Shown: one piece after another, positions 10,087-24,363 of the stretch
Position numbering within the stretch: position 1 is the first letter of the stretch
How the letters are laid out: each line of letters opens with the position of its first letter
DNA from: Octopus bimaculoides
Lineage: Eukaryota
Reading direction: 5' to 3'
NCBI RefSeq assembly: GCF_001194135.2
Contig: NC_068998.1
Coordinates: 44,083,616-44,134,437, forward strand
Length of the DNA: 50,822 bases
Notes under the pieces: generated by a model
Database searches by the model: none
What the model was told of the DNA's origin: nothing
The model's input: only the letters and a program-made list of their open reading frames with translations
Made by a program: the position numbers and the translations under genes

Positions 10087-10701
10087 GCATTAGAGCACTT
10101 TAGCTCTTATTTCTAGCAATGTAGGTGTTCCAACACCCTAGTCATATGTATATTTATATGTATATATATTTTACTGAAGCATAGCACTTCTCATAATCCA
10201 GTGTTGGAATTCAGTATATATAGAGATGAAGTTGGAGAAATAGTTTAGCACCTGCTACACTGGAATGAGATAGAGGGGTCGTCATAGTTCGAGCTGTTTC
10301 TTATCTGAAGTCGTAGTTCGCACAGAAACTGATTGTGGACCATGGTTGATGGAAATTTTATTAAATTTTGTATGGTTCCCTTGACTTGTTGCTTTTATTA
10401 TTAGCATTCACATTACAGAGAGTGTTGGATGCGTGATGTGTGTATATGAGCGTGCATGTGTGTGTATACACATTATTAAATTTAGTGATTATTTAAACAA
10501 TGTGTTCATAGATGATTAATGGTTTGGATTTGGATGTAGTGTTGAAGAAGGAGTAAGAATTCATGAAATATATATATATATATATATATACACTCGTTAC
10601 TTATTTCTCTATTTTTAATTGCATTGTTTTCATAGAGATATTTATATGTCAAACCTCGTCACTTACAGTGTTGGCTCTAAGTTCTACAGAAAATCTGTAC
10701 A

Positions 10702-10866
10702 GACATAGGAGTGGCTGTGTGGTAAGTAGCTTGCTTACCAACCACATGCTTCCGGGTTTAGTCCCACTGTGTGGCACCTTGGGCAAGTGCCTTCTACTAT
10801 AGCCTCGAGCCAACCAAAGCCTTGTGAGTGGATTTGGTAGACAGAAACTGAAAGAAGCCCGTCGTG
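10702..10866 (+). mobile_element. tRNA-headed SINE, family B (GGAGTGGCTGTGTGGTAAG...)
   Basis: A-box-like tggctgtgtgg, B-box-like gggtttagtccc, body ggcaccttgggcaagtg...gatttggtagacagaaactgaaagaagcccgtcg; runs into (TA)n and a gap. Confidence 0.8.
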
Positions 10867-11395
10867 TATATATATATATATATATATATATATNNNNNNN
10901 NNNNNNNNNNNNNNNNNNNNNNNNNNNNNNNNNNNNNNNNNNNNNNNNNNNNNNNNNNNNNNNNNNNNNNNNNNNNNNNNNNNNNNNNNNNNNNNNNNNN
11001 NNNNNNNNNNNNNNNNNNNNNNNNNNNNNNNNNNNNNNNNNNNNNNNNNNNNNNNNNNNNNNNNNNNNNNNNNNNNNNNNNNNNNNNNNNNNNNNNNNNN
11101 NNNNNNNNNNNNNNNNNNNNNNNNNNNNNNNNNNNNNNNNNNNNNNNNNNNNNNNNNNNNNNNNNNNNNNNNNNNNNNNNNNNNNNNNNNNNNNNNNNNN
11201 NNNNNNNNNNNNNNNNNNNNNNNNNNNNNNNNNNNNNNNNNNNNNNNNNNNNNNNNNNNNNNNNNNNNNNNNNNNNNNNNNNNNNNNNNNNNNNNNNNNN
11301 NNNNNNNNNNNNNNNNNNNNNNNNNNNNNNNNNNNNNNNNNNNNNNNNNNNNNNNNNNNNNNNNNNNNNNNNNNNNNNNNNNNNNNNNNNNNNNN

Positions 11396-11432
<37 letters not shown>

Positions 11433-12467
11433 AATATATATAAATGGTATTATGTGCATTGTAATATTATGAGCTAAGTAAAAGAGAAGTTAATGAATTT
11501 GGCAAATTTGAATAGTATATATACATGTGTGTGTGTGTGCATTAATCATATATGAATTTTGCAAGACATGCCAATAATTTTCATGCTGTGTGTCTTTTGT
11601 ACTTAATTTTATGCAATGTGATATAATTTGGCAAAACTTATAAAAATTCTGCTAAGAAAATCCCCCAAGAAAAATTTCTGTATATTTTTGTCTCTGTAAA
11701 AGCAATATCTTTGTCCAAGCTTACATGGTTTAATTTAATTCATGTTGTATTAGATATATTTTCGTTTAATTTTGTACCACTGTGTCATATTTTTAATAAG
11801 CTTTAACCAACTGCTAATTCTTCTTCAGTAAGCATTCATTTCTATCCTTAACCCTTCCTTTATATTTTTTAAGAACTGCACCCTTTACATAGCTCAACTA
11901 GATAATTCATTAAAGGATAGTAAATTGTAATATATTTAGTAAAATAACTAACTTTTCCATTTAACTTAATGTTTGAAACAAAACTTAAGAAAATTTCTTT
12001 TCTGATTGAAAGCTTTCTTTTAAATGTTGTGATGACTTTAACTTTAAAACAAATAAATTTGTATTAAGAGGTGAGTCGAGGTGGAAGTTAGAATCAAAAA
12101 GATTGAAATGGAAATATTTGTTAAATCATTGCTCCATGTATATCGTCAAGTAATATATTGAAAGGAAATAAAAAATATGACAGAGGCATCAAAAATCATT
12201 GAATTAAATACATTTGGTATGAAACCTGGGTACATCAGGCAGACTAGACATCCAGAGATTTAAGAAAGATTGTGAGTTTACAAGATATATAGAATATATA
12301 TATATATATATATATATATAGTTTGGTTTTATGTTCAGTTATAAGAAAAAACAATTTTTCCATTAACCTGATGTATTAGTCTATACTTTTGTAGAGAACA
12401 AATTTATTATTCTTAAACAAGGTTATTGACAGTTGACTGTCAATAATATTCTTGTTTAAGAATATAT

Positions 12468-12516
<49 letters not shown>

Positions 12517-12520
12517 TATA

Positions 12521-12853
12521 GTGAAGGCACATGGGTCAGTGGTTAGGGCGTCAAGCTTACGATTGTGAGGTTATGAGTTCAAATCCTGGACCAGGCTGCA
12601 TGTGTTCTTGAGGAAGACACTTTATTTCACGTTGCTCCAGTTCACTCAGCTGTAGAAATGAGTTGCGATGTCACTGGTGCCAAGCTGTATTGGCTTTGCC
12701 TTTCCCTTGGATAACACTGGTGGCATGGAGAGGGGAGGCTGGTATGCATAGGTGACCGCTGGTCTTTCATAAACAATCTTGCCCAGACTTGTGCCTGAGA
12801 GGGTAACTTTCCTTGGTGCAATCCCATGGTCAGTCATGACCAAAGGGAGTCTC
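12521..12853 (+). mobile_element. tRNA-headed SINE, family D (GTGAAGGCACATGG...)
   Basis: Head gggtcagtggttagggcg...gagttcaaatcc (A/B boxes). Related heads lie at 40075-40277 (-) and about 45530-45630 (+). Confidence 0.7.
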
Positions 12854-15800
12854 AGCATATATACATACAAAGAGAGAGAAAGAGTTCTAGCTCATTATGC
12901 ATGAGCCATTCAAAAGGCCTTCAATACTGATAGGAGAAAAGGAGGAAGTTGTGCTTTGATTAGAGACCTACCATAAAAGCTGAAACAGGGAATCCTGCCA
13001 AAGGCACTCAAAGTCCAGATTGTCATTGAACTTGGTGACAGCTTCAGTTTGTCACCCAAGAATAGGAAAGAAATTCTATATGGTTTTCCAATTATAGTCT
13101 CCGCTCACAAAGTATTTATCAACCTGAAACTTTGATAGAACTTTATAGCCAAAATGTTGCACAGTGGGATTGAACTTTAAATCACATAGTTGTGAAGCAA
13201 ACTTCTGAACTCCACAATCATGTCATTGCTGAATATTGCATAGTTTGTAAAATAAAGATTAAAAATAGCAGCAGAAATAATGTCATGAAGACATTTATGT
13301 AGCGTTCATGCAATTTTGAATGATATTATTTGTCGATTGCTATAAATATAGAAGTTTGTCATACACATCTTCATTTCTTATGGTTTCGTCTATATTTTTC
13401 TTTCTGTTTAAAGTAGTAAATATATCGTTAAATACTCGTCAATTTACTGCACCTCAGCTTCTGTGTATTTCAGAAGAAAACAATCTAACAAGAATATTTT
13501 TCTTTTCAAGTATCAATTCTATTTTTTCCCCCACGTAATAAATTGAAACTTTATTAGTGTTCTTGTATCAAGAGAAAAAAAACGTATATAATATATCAAT
13601 GGCTGTAGTAAAGGTGAAAAAATAAAATAAAAAGAAACAGGAAAGCTATCAGAAAAGTTTTTAAAGAGTTCTATTTTTGTTTTTGCTAACATTCTGGTGA
13701 AGGGTATTTTTTTTGTTACTTCTCAAACTAACCCAAAACTTGAAGAAGAAACCTTATGGTGAGTAACAAATTAAAATTATGCAGTTGATCAATAGTTAGA
13801 ATTTGAGCAGGAAATATTAAAAAGACAAGAAAAAATGCTGAAAGAAGGAAAGAAACCTATCTAAGAAAAATAAATACAAATATATCTTAAATATATAAAA
13901 AAAAAAAGTCAACAGTTTTAATATGTATTGATGAAACTTAAAACAAATTCATTACATCATGTCTGCATGATTGAAATATTTACTTTTAATCTGCAGTTTG
14001 TTTGAGTAAATTAAGACTGAAAAATATTTTTGCTGCTTGGAATCTTTGAAGTAAACCATTATGTTAGTAGTTTTATAAAGATTATGTAGACTCAAACTCT
14101 TCTTTTCTTTCTTTTTCTTTTTTTTTTTTTGTGGGGAGCTGCGGTGATGGATTCTTTTCTTATTTTTTGAATTTGTTTTATACTAATATGATTTTTTTTC
14201 TCCTCTTTATTTTGTTTTAATGAACATTTATAAAAGACAAAAAATGTGTTACCAGTCTGCTTGATGGAACTATAATGAGCAAATTCTGTTTTACTTCTAT
14301 TAGCAGAGGATGTCAAAGAAAAAACGATGTAATGTTAAATGCTAGGAAATTCCTAACAGAATTACAAGCCAATTTGCAGTAGTTTACATAAAGTTTGTCT
14401 GATGTAAAGCTGAATGAGTTTGTTAAAAGGTAGTGGGGTGGGAGGCAGGCATAAATAACAAACTAAATAAATAACTAAAGCAAGAATTTTCATAATTTCA
14501 TTTTTATTTCAATGACTTGAAAAATCATTTCTTCATTCTCACATTTGAGTGGATATATCCTAGCATTACAAGACCCTTAAAATCCATTTCAGTCTTTCAT
14601 TTAAAGCAGTGGTTTTCTGAATTTCTTGTAGCCCAGCATTCCCTTTCAAAGACCACAGCATGATGCAGATCTTCAAAAGCTGACTCTAGTAGAGTTTATC
14701 ACATGAATGGTGTTTCTTGGTTGAAATGTGGAGAGTAATTAGTGTGAAAGTATGCACCTGCCTTAGAGATATCAATGACTGTGAGGCAGAAGAGATGGTT
14801 CCTTTTTTAGGGATATGTACTACAAGGGAATGACAGCAACTATGTTAACAGCAGAAGGTATTTGTATCAGGACCAGACCAAGAAAGAAGTACTTGGCTAA
14901 CTTGCTTGAAGTACCAACCAAATCTGTCTCAAATCACAGATTACTAATGTTTTTTTTTTAAATGAAGGGTATATTGAGCAATGTAATTTAGATATATCAT
15001 ACCTTAATAAAAACTGGGATATTCATGACTCAAATGTCTGTGATCATAAAGCAAACTAATCATAATTGAACAATACTATCCAAAATATGCCAATGATAAA
15101 AATGATAAAGACATGTTAAGTTTTTCAGAAACTATGTAAATAACAGTAATGTATTTGAGATGATTCTCTCAGCTACATTTGCTCAACATCGAACTCTTAA
15201 ATCTCTCAACTATACTCCTGCTAAGACTTTCTTAACAAAACCCCACTCGACTGTAAACTCTGACTTTCTTCACTCTACTCCTTCAACTATGAACTATTTG
15301 TCTTTAACACCATCCATTACGTAGAATTGTTACTACACACAACTTGTCAATACCCTTTTAATTTCTCTGGAGTATTTGTTTCCAAGCTGTCAGAATTGTC
15401 TTCACTCCATTAAGATTTAGCTTATGCTTTAAATTTTATATATCTCTTATTCAGAAATATTCTTGCTTTTACTTAAAAAGAAAAAAAAAAATCCATGTGT
15501 GTCAGAATAGAATTGCAAAAAGCAGAAACACAGTAAACCAGTTGAGTCTGAGGAAGACAGTGGTCATCTGCATCTGTATTTGTATCTAGTACCATCTTAA
15601 GGGCAATACACTGGGTTCCCTACATACACAAACATAGCATACAGATATTAGCATTGAGCCTAGCCCTGGGTATTACCTGCAACTAGCTAATGTCCTCCTA
15701 CATTAAGAGAGCATTATCTGTGTTAGTAAATAAGGATATAGATTTCAAACAATGTTTACCCAATGGAATAACTTTCATACTGTGAGGCAGAATAGAAGTA

Positions 15801-16813
15801 TAAAGCTTCAGGCAATTCTCGTTGATGAAGGGTGCTTTCTGAAACGTCGGGTTTCTCTTCTCCCTCACAGCATAATTGTTACTGAAATGTTTGAAATTTT
15901 GGCACAAAATATAAGAGCCATAAACTATGTCACTTTGAAAATTATTAATATCAAACCTTCTTGATACGAGCTCAAATCCTACTCAGATTAACTTTGCTAT
16001 TTATGCCTGTTAGGAGTGAGAAAGTTAGTAGCAGGTACACCAGCACACATCCACAAATTTTGAACACAGATGTATGTGATCTATTGAATAGATTTTAGTA
16101 CTTGTCTGGTACTTGTTTTTATTGCACCCAGAAGGCTAAAAACTAAAAATTCACTTTGCCAGATATTGAACTCTGAGCATCAAGGACTATAACTAAATGT
16201 TACAAGGTGTTTTGTCTACTTTTCTGATGGTTTCAGCATTCTACCATCATTTTACTAATTGTCTGTCCTTATAAACTTATAAATACTGAAAATGTAATTA
16301 AGGAAGAAATTAGATTATTTCAGAATATTTTAATGAAAAACTTTCAGCTGCATTTGGTGTGAGAGTATTGACTCGCATTGACTAAATGCAAATGTTGTTG
16401 TTATTGCTACATAGCCGCAGGTCAAGCCTGACTGAACGGTCTTATGATCAAAAATGTTTTAAGTACATTGACGTACTGCACATTACATGTGCAATATATT
16501 ACATAATGTGTGTTCCCTTTAAGAGCGTATGGTGTGATAATTGCATATATATATGCATATACAAAGTCACACACACAAACACATCTATATATATATATAT
16601 GTATGTATCTATCTGTGCAAAAGTATATAGGATGTGTACGTGTGTTAATATATGCATTTATATATTTATGTATACGTATTTATACGCATGTGCATATGTT
16701 TGTGCATAAATATATTTATATGTGTGTATATATATTTATGTATGTAAATATATGTTCGTATTTATAAGTATGTAAGTCTATATACCTGTGTATGTATATA
16801 TGTGTGTATGCAA

Positions 16814-16851
<38 letters not shown>

Positions 16852-17752
16852 NNNNNNNNNNNNNNNNNNNNNNNNNNNNNNNNNNNNNNNNNNNNNNNNN
16901 NNNNNNNNNNNNNNNNNNNNNNNNNNNNNNNNNNNNNNNNNNNNNNNNNNNATATATATATTTGTGTGTATATGTGTATTCATATATATATGTATGTATG
17001 CATGTTTACAGTTGTAGCTTAGCTGAAGACAAATGATACAGCAGTTGACATTTAGTTAATATTGAAACACAAAAGACCAAGTGGATATCTGGAAAAGCAG
17101 ACAGACTGCTCTTCTGAATAAGACTTAACAAAAACAGGAATATAATATAATATAAATTTTATTTTGTTGTATGTCCTGCTTGAATAGGCACCTTTTGTCT
17201 GAATTCCTTATTTGGAAATCGAGATTGTGTGATTTAAAAAAAGAAAAATTAATGAATTGAACCAAGTTTCTTTGTCAATTGAAACCTTATCTAAAAAATT
17301 CATTTGTAAGAAATACCATTTAACCAACGTTGATATTACATGGAACTGTTGAAACTGTAGAAAAGTTAGTTTGCCAAAGAAAATTCAATTCCGCAGCAAG
17401 AATTAGATTTAAGCTCTACGAGATTATGTTAGTTGATTTAATCAGTATTCTACTTCTGAGTAAGTTGCCTTCCCTTGTTTCGTAGAAGTTTTGCTAAAGC
17501 TTTAAGCATTTATCTATGGTGAATTTTACTTATTTTATTTTACCTTTCTGTTACTCTATTCTTCTCACCATAATGAGAACATATTCATCATTGTGGCCAA
17601 ACTGAATACCTACCTGTTTCAACTCCAACTACCTGTCTATTTGGGGCTTTGTTGCTATTTGGCGCTTTGTCCATTTTGTTGCTTGCATTGCCAACACAGT
17701 CTCTGTCTGAAGATTTCAGACAGAGGGCAATTTCAGGTGTAACTACATAGCT

Positions 17753-17955
17753 ACAGACATGGCTGTATGGTAAGACGTTTGCTTCTCAACCACATGGTTC
17801 TGGGTTCAGTACCATAGAGTGGCACTTTAAGCAATTGTTGCTTTCTACAGCCTTGGGCCAACCTAAGCTTTATGAATGTATTTGGTAGATGGAAACACAT
17901 CTCATAATGTGTATGTTTGTGTGTGTGGTAAGTGTTTTTGTCGCCCACCACTACC
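17753..17955 (+). mobile_element. SINE family B
   Basis: catggctgtatggtaagacgtttgcttctcaaccacatggttctgggttcagtacc...tttggtagatggaaac. Confidence 0.75.
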
Positions 17956-17957
17956 TG

Positions 17958-18076
17958 TCCTGAAAGGATGAAAGGCAAAGTTGATTTTGGCTGCATTTGA
18001 ACCCAGAACATAAAGATGGACAAAATGCCACTAAACATTTTACCTGGCATCCTAATAATTCTACCAACTTGCTGCC
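17958..18076 (-). mobile_element. SINE family A, 5' half
   Basis: gaaaggatgaaaggcaaagttgat...catttgaacccagaac...ctaccaacttgctgcc. Confidence 0.65.
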
Positions 18077-18470
18077 TTATCCCATATAGAATATTCCCAA
18101 TAAACTTGTTATCCCACATTCTGTAATTTCATTGGAAACATTTATCCCATACGCAATGTTCCCAATAAAAAGTGTTATCCTATTTCTAATATTTCCAATA
18201 AAGGTGTTATTCCACAAATGGTATTCCCAATAAAATAGCTATTTTATAGACATTCACAATAAAATATTTATCCCACGTTACATAATTTCAATGGAAGCAT
18301 TTATCCCATACACAATGTTCCCAATAAAAAGTGTTATCCCATTTCTAATATTCCCAATAAAGGTGTTATCCCATTTCTAATATTCCCAATAAAGGTGTTA
18401 TCCCACATATAGTATTCCCAATAAAATAGCTATTCTATACACAACATTTACAATAAACAGTTATCCCATT
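18077..18470. repeat. ~32-bp minisatellite with higher-order repeat, ~12 units
   Basis: Units of 29-33 bp of the form ttatccca-N6-8-ttcccaataaa-N3-4, with variant order A B C D E F B C D D E F. Confidence 0.85.
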
Positions 18471-19007
18471 TATCACAGGAAGAATATTTCCATTAACAAT
18501 ATCACTACACAGTATCCCAGCATCTCCCAATTACATGGTTTGCATCCATGACCCATTAAGAGCATAGAACCTTTGCCAAGTGTTCCAGCACTGGTTGCTG
18601 CTGTGTGATAATTTGATCTTAGCACTGCATGCCTACCAATGCTTTCTTATCAATTATATACTATTTCACCAACTCTCACTACACCACCACCACCACCATT
18701 ATTTAAAGTGGTGAATGTATGTGGCATATGTGTTAAGAGCTAAAATGCAGTAAAATATTTCAGTAAATGATAAATCTAAGCATATAGTTAATGGTTTGTT
18801 ACCACCAAGGGGCTTTGAGGTTTTGAAGCAATTACATTTCTTATTTATCTATAATTCTCAAAGAGTCAACGAAATAAATAAAGCAAGCAATCATTTTAAG
18901 TTATGCAATAGACTGTAGTTCATCTCTTTTTCTCTCTCTTGTGAATATTTCTCACAATAAAGTGCTATCTGCTGTTATGTATGCATATTGTTCTCTCTTT
19001 TTGCTTC

Positions 19008-19052
<45 letters not shown>

Positions 19053-19205
19053 ACATTTTTTTTTCTTTTAATATTAAAATGTGAATAAATTCTCTGAAAA
19101 CAATAACTTTAATCTGAATCCCATATCTCTCTTTCATGAGATTCCTAAGTTATGAAAGGAACTATTCCCTATACAGTGTAAAGAAACACAGAAATGATGA
19201 TGATG

Positions 19206-19259
<54 letters not shown>

Positions 19260-19551
19260 GAAATTACAGATAAAATAAAAATTTAAGTGGACATTTCTTT
19301 TTTAAAATTATATTTTCTTATTTTATTTTTTTTACCGTTTATTCGGTAAAAACAAATTGATTAACATCCATGTCTGTGAATATATTAGATGCAATAATGG
19401 TGTGATTGGTTACTAGATCGGTTGGGAGGAAATGGCGAACAATCTCATTAAACATCCTCCTTTCAGTGTGTCAGCTTTATTCTTCTTCTGTGATATTTCA
19501 ACCAGAAAGTCCACATGGCTTTCATCCCTTTGGTGATTTACAAATATGGAT

Positions 19552-19715
19552 GAAGGCATGGCTGTATGGTTAAGAAGTTTGCTCCATAACTACATGGTTT
19601 TGTGTTCAATCCCATTGTGTAACACATCGGGCAAGTATCTCCTAACTCAGTCTCAGATAATAAGGAATGGAATTTTGCAGACAAAATCTGTTGAAACCCA
19701 CTAGCAGAACTGACT
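19552..19715 (+). mobile_element. SINE family B, diverged
   Basis: ggcatggctgtatggttaagaagtttgc...gtgttcaatcccattgtgtaacacatcgggcaagt. Confidence 0.6.
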
Positions 19716-19929
19716 GTTCCTGGTTTGCAGGATGTAAACTTAATCTATCACTTAAAGTCCGTTCTGTTATACAAATAAGGACCAGATCCCTGATCTGAAG
19801 CTAACTTATTCACACCGGTCATAGGGACCCCAGAAAAGGGTCATGGTCACTATGCTTCATCCCCTAGTTGGGCTTGGTTGTTTTGACTCTGAAAATGTAT
19901 GACCTTACTAGAAATCTACCTTTATCATT

Positions 19930-20115
19930 AAGGTGGTGAGATGGCAGAATCATTAACATACCAGGCAAAATGCTTAGCAGTATTCCATCTGCCACTACAT
20001 TCTGAGTTCAAATTCCGCCAAGGTCAACTTTGCTTTTCATTCTGTTGGGGTCAATGTAATCGACTAGTTCCCTCCCCATAAATTACAGGCCTTGAGCCTA
20101 TATTAGAAAAAATTA
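19930..20115 (+). mobile_element. SINE family A
   Basis: aggtggtgagatggcagaatcattaac...gagttcaaattccgccaaggtcaactttgc...caggccttgagcc. Confidence 0.75.
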
Positions 20116-20135
20116 TCATTATCATCATCATTATG

Positions 20136-20173
<38 letters not shown>

Positions 20174-20378
20174 GACTGTGAGCTGACAGAATCATTAGCA
20201 CGATGGGCAAAATGCTTAGTGGAATTTTGTGTCTTTAACATTCTATATTCAAATTCTGTTGCTTTTCAGCCCTTTGGGGATCATTAGAATAAGTACCATT
20301 TAAGCACTGGGGGTCAATTCAATTGACTTACTGCCTCTCTGGAAATTACTGGTCTTGTGCCAAAATTTGAAATCCATT
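20174..20378 (+). mobile_element. SINE family A, tandem to the previous copy across (ATT)n
   Basis: ctgtgagctgacagaatcattagcac...ttcaaattctg...ggtcttgtgccaaaatttgaaa. Confidence 0.75.
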
Positions 20379-21326
20379 ATTGTTGTTGTTGTTGGGGAAA
20401 TGGATTGGCAATATCCATAAAGTACAAGACTCGTGGTACCATTGTCATCGTCGTCATCATCATCACCACTGCCTTCATCAACATCATAATCACCACTATC
20501 ACCATCATCATCATTATTAATATCAATGACTGAACAGTAAATGCTAACATCATTATCTGCTAATCTGTTCTAGTCTAATAGATGTTTGTTTGATATAAGA
20601 CTGAATGGTTTCATCATTAGATGTAATAAAAAAAAAAACAACAAAAAAAGGTAATAAAAAAGTAACCTTTGTAGTAAATTTTTTTTAGTTTTTTGTTTTT
20701 TTTCTGTTGTTCCAAAGAATCATTTTAGCAATTCTGACACCTGATTCGATATTTCCTAACATTTCAAGAGAAAAACAAAGATAAAAATCAATTTAGTTTT
20801 GTCCATGGGAAAAAAAAAAAAAGACTATTTTTGTGTGTATAATTATAATGGAGATGACTGAGATAACAGGGAATTCAGCTGAATTCCACTTAGATTTCTT
20901 TTAATGCTAACATCAATATCCCAGACAAAAAACTAAATACAAAACAGATTACAGGTAATATGATTTAAGGGGAAACTATGTGAAGACTTTTAGCGTACTA
21001 GAAATAGCAGAAAAATTTCCCTCATATAATAATCTACCGACTTAAAAACAACCGATTTGTATAGTTTCAAATAAATACAAACTGGGTGGTGATGAAGGAT
21101 TGAACTGTTTTAATCAAAGGCCTTATGAACCATGGCTGGCCTGGGGTTAACAAACAAGAACTCTAAATAGAATTTCATTGATGTTGCAGGAGCTTTTATG
21201 AGCATACAATATCGTGCCTCTAGACATAACTTGTAAGAAAAAACATTCACTTGTCCCTCAAAATCACAAGATATTGTCATATGAAACAAAAGACGCATTG
21301 GATGATATAGCACTAGACTCATTGTT

Positions 21327-21478
21327 ACTATGGCTGCATGGTAAGAAACTGAATTTGTAAGCATATGGTGCAGGGTCCAGTTCTAATGTGTGGCACCTTG
21401 GACAAGTATATTCTACTGTAACATCAGGCCAAGCTAAGTCTCATGAGTGGACTTGATAGCTGGAAACTGGAAAAAGAC

Positions 21479-21480
<2 letters not shown>
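21327..21480 (+). mobile_element. SINE family B, diverged, running into (TG)n
   Basis: tggctgcatggtaagaaac...gtggcaccttggacaagt...gagtggacttgatagctggaaactg. Confidence 0.6.
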
Positions 21481-21531
<51 letters not shown>

Positions 21532-21541
21532 NNNNNNNNNN

Positions 21542-21595
<54 letters not shown>

Positions 21596-22347
21596 AGTGT
21601 GTGTATACACACACACATACACAGTACAGCTTCAAAAAGGCAGCTGGCTGTAGCAAATCTACCTCAATAAATGCTGTCAAACCCATACAAGCTTAGAAAA
21701 GTGGACGTTAAAACATTGATGACAATGACATATATATATATATTACATAGTCGTATTGATTACTACATTACTACATATGAAAGTAATCAACTTTGATTGA
21801 ACGAATTTCAGTGTTGTCAGTATAGAATACATCCATTCACACATGCATACACATTCTGACACACACTAATGCAGACTAATATGCTACAAAGTAAAGAAAG
21901 AAAGCATTCATGAAATTTAACTCCACTAAAATTTCATTGGAAATATTAATCAAAGTAAGGGGAAAATATTTATGAACTTGATATAAAAAGTGTCTTCTAT
22001 TCAGTACCAACAAGAACTAAGATGCTGGCCCTACTGCATATCCTTATCATCTTCACTACCCTCATCATCATTCTTAGTATCAATGATTGGCCTTATTTAC
22101 CATTTAATACCATTAACCTTAGCTAGCAGTTGTTGTCAATTAATGAAAGGATTAAGCATACAAATGATCAGATATGTTCATTGTATCTGTGAAACTTTAA
22201 GTAATGCTTTTCAAAATCAAACCCAAATCCATTAATTCAAATATATATATGTGTGTGTTTTTGTGTATTTTCTACCAGGCTATTATTGAAGGTTCTCTCT
22301 GCATTGATTTAGATTATGTGCGCATGCACATCGATTGTGAATGTATG

Positions 22348-22723
22348 TTGTTGTTGTTGACACTCCGTCGCTTACGACGTCGAGGGTTCCAGTTGATCTA
22401 ATCAACGGAACAGCCTGCTCATGAAATTAACGTGCAAGTGGCTGAGCACTCCACAGACACGTGTACCCTTAACATAGTTCTCGGGGAGATTCAGCGTGAC
22501 ACAGTGTGATAAGGCTGACCCTTTGAATTACAGGCACAACAGAAACAGGAAATAAGAGTGGTGAAAGAGTACAGCAGGGTTCGCCACCATCCCCTGCCGG
22601 AGCCTCGTGGAGCTTTAGGTGTTTCCGCTCAATAAACACTCACAACGCCCGGTCTGGGAATTGAAACTGCGATCCTACGACTGTGAGTCCACTTCCCTAA
22701 CCATTGGGCTATTGCACCTCCAC
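22348..22723 (-). mobile_element. tRNA-derived SINE, family C, full length
   Basis: The minus strand starts GTGGAGGTGCAATAGCCCAATGGTTAGGG with B box GTTTCAATTCC and ends in (CAA)n. High identity to the copies at 29.4, 32.7 and 45.8 kb. Confidence 0.85.
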
Positions 22724-24330
22724 TATGGATGTATGTATTTACAAATTAAAAAGTACTCAGCACATAGGGTTTGTACATGTTATTAGAATCTGAAGCTTCT
22801 TCAATCACTAATCTGAGCTTTGCATTATCAAAATAGTTGAAAGTATAAAGTGTGACAATACAGAAGCAAAACTATTTGTGAACACATCCAAACTGATTAC
22901 TTGCCTAAAAGACCATTTAAAAATGTTTCACACATTCAGCTATTCACTTATTGTATACTGAAAACTTGATATGATGACCTTGTCACATGCAGAAACACAT
23001 ATTTTCATGCCTTCAGTATTATATATATAAAACACAAAAGCAATAAATGTCAATGGAAGTGTCTGCAATATCTGACCAATTCCAGTTAGTGATGAAATTT
23101 TCAAAGAGATATAATAGATATAATACAGTGTTATACTTTCCTAAGAGAATTAAAATCACTTCATCAGGAGCCAGGGAGGTAGATTTCAGTACCATATTGG
23201 ACCAAGTGATTTTATTACTAACATTATTGGCCTTTAAATTTCACATATATTTTGATAGCATGAAGGTGGGGTGTCTTTCTGGGTGACTGAATGTGTATAT
23301 TTTGCAAAGACCATTTTAAAATAATTTTTATATGTTGTGTTCAGGTTTTTGCTTCAATGCTGTATCTAAGATGACCTTAGCCCTACAAAGTAATAGTTTG
23401 GAAAGACCCATGTTTTTAAGAGAATAAACAGGAATTATAGTAAATACGTACAAAAGCAAACTTTTCTATGTTTGTACTGGAAAGTTTTTGTTAATTTTTC
23501 TTTGGCTGTAGTAGCAAAGAAATTTTTGGTACGACTGTAGTTCATCTTGATTCTATTTTTAATGATGATCTTTCCTGATATGCATGTGTGTGTGTGTGTG
23601 TGTGTGTACAGAAATATGCTTATTTATTTGGTTCAGGAAAATCTTACTAGCATTGAAGCAAATAAGCCATATGTTGTGTTATACCATATAACATTTTGTT
23701 TCCTTTATTTTGTGTTTTTGAATATTAATGATGTTCTGTATATAATGTATTCTGTCTTTGGTGCCTCTGTTCATGAATCTGGATGTATTCATGTGCTGTT
23801 CTGAGAAGAGAAATTTGACATTTTAGAATTGACTATTTGTCTGAGAATAAGAAAAATTAATTTTCTGTTTCCTCTCAGACAAAGGATCAATTTTGACTTC
23901 TGGGGTTCCGCTCCATATTGTGCCATAGAATCTCATCAAAATTTATGAATTTCACTTGACAGTATTTTCTAGAATAAGCATTACCAGTTCATTCATGCTC
24001 ACTTTCTGGCATAATTTTACAGACATGTGTGCATGTGAACGTATATTTTTTGACATTGTTGTTGAAAACTAAAAAAAAATCAAACGATACTTAATGAAGG
24101 AAATGTCTTGAGATTTTCATTTAGCGTTTAGACAGAAAACCTCTTGTCAATCTCACTGTCAGAAAAGCAGTAAATCAAAAGTTGGCTCATTGGAAACCTG
24201 TGACCAATAACGATCACTCTATCAACACGGACTCTCCTCTATGTTATCTCATCTGTGAGGTCCAACATCCTGACATTTAACGTTACTTTTTTCACATCTT
24301 TCTTTTACAAAAGCTGTCAGCGTGTTTTAT

Positions 24331-24363
<33 letters not shown>

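Noticed and set aside
14815-14905. Peptide ..AEGICIRTRPRKKYLANL resembling a LINE C-terminus
   Set aside because: Too degraded to call as a feature without a search.
15820-15852. ttgatga-agggtgctttct-gaaacgtc, hammerhead-like
   Set aside because: C3 is replaced by U, stem II is weak and stem I does not pair. At best a remote relic.
17701-17725. Perfect 11-bp hairpin ctctgtctgaa-gat-ttcagacagag
   Set aside because: One such stem is plausible by chance in 50 kb of AT-rich DNA. No supporting context.
18077-18470. CRISPR-like appearance of the array
   Set aside because: The variable segments are only 6-8 nt and recur. The context is eukaryotic and there are no cas genes.
21190-21232. Possible 43-nt plus-strand exon (GAFMSIQYRASRHN)
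   Set aside because: Weak pyrimidine tract, non-consensus donor -1 base, unrecognised peptide and no frame-compatible neighbour.
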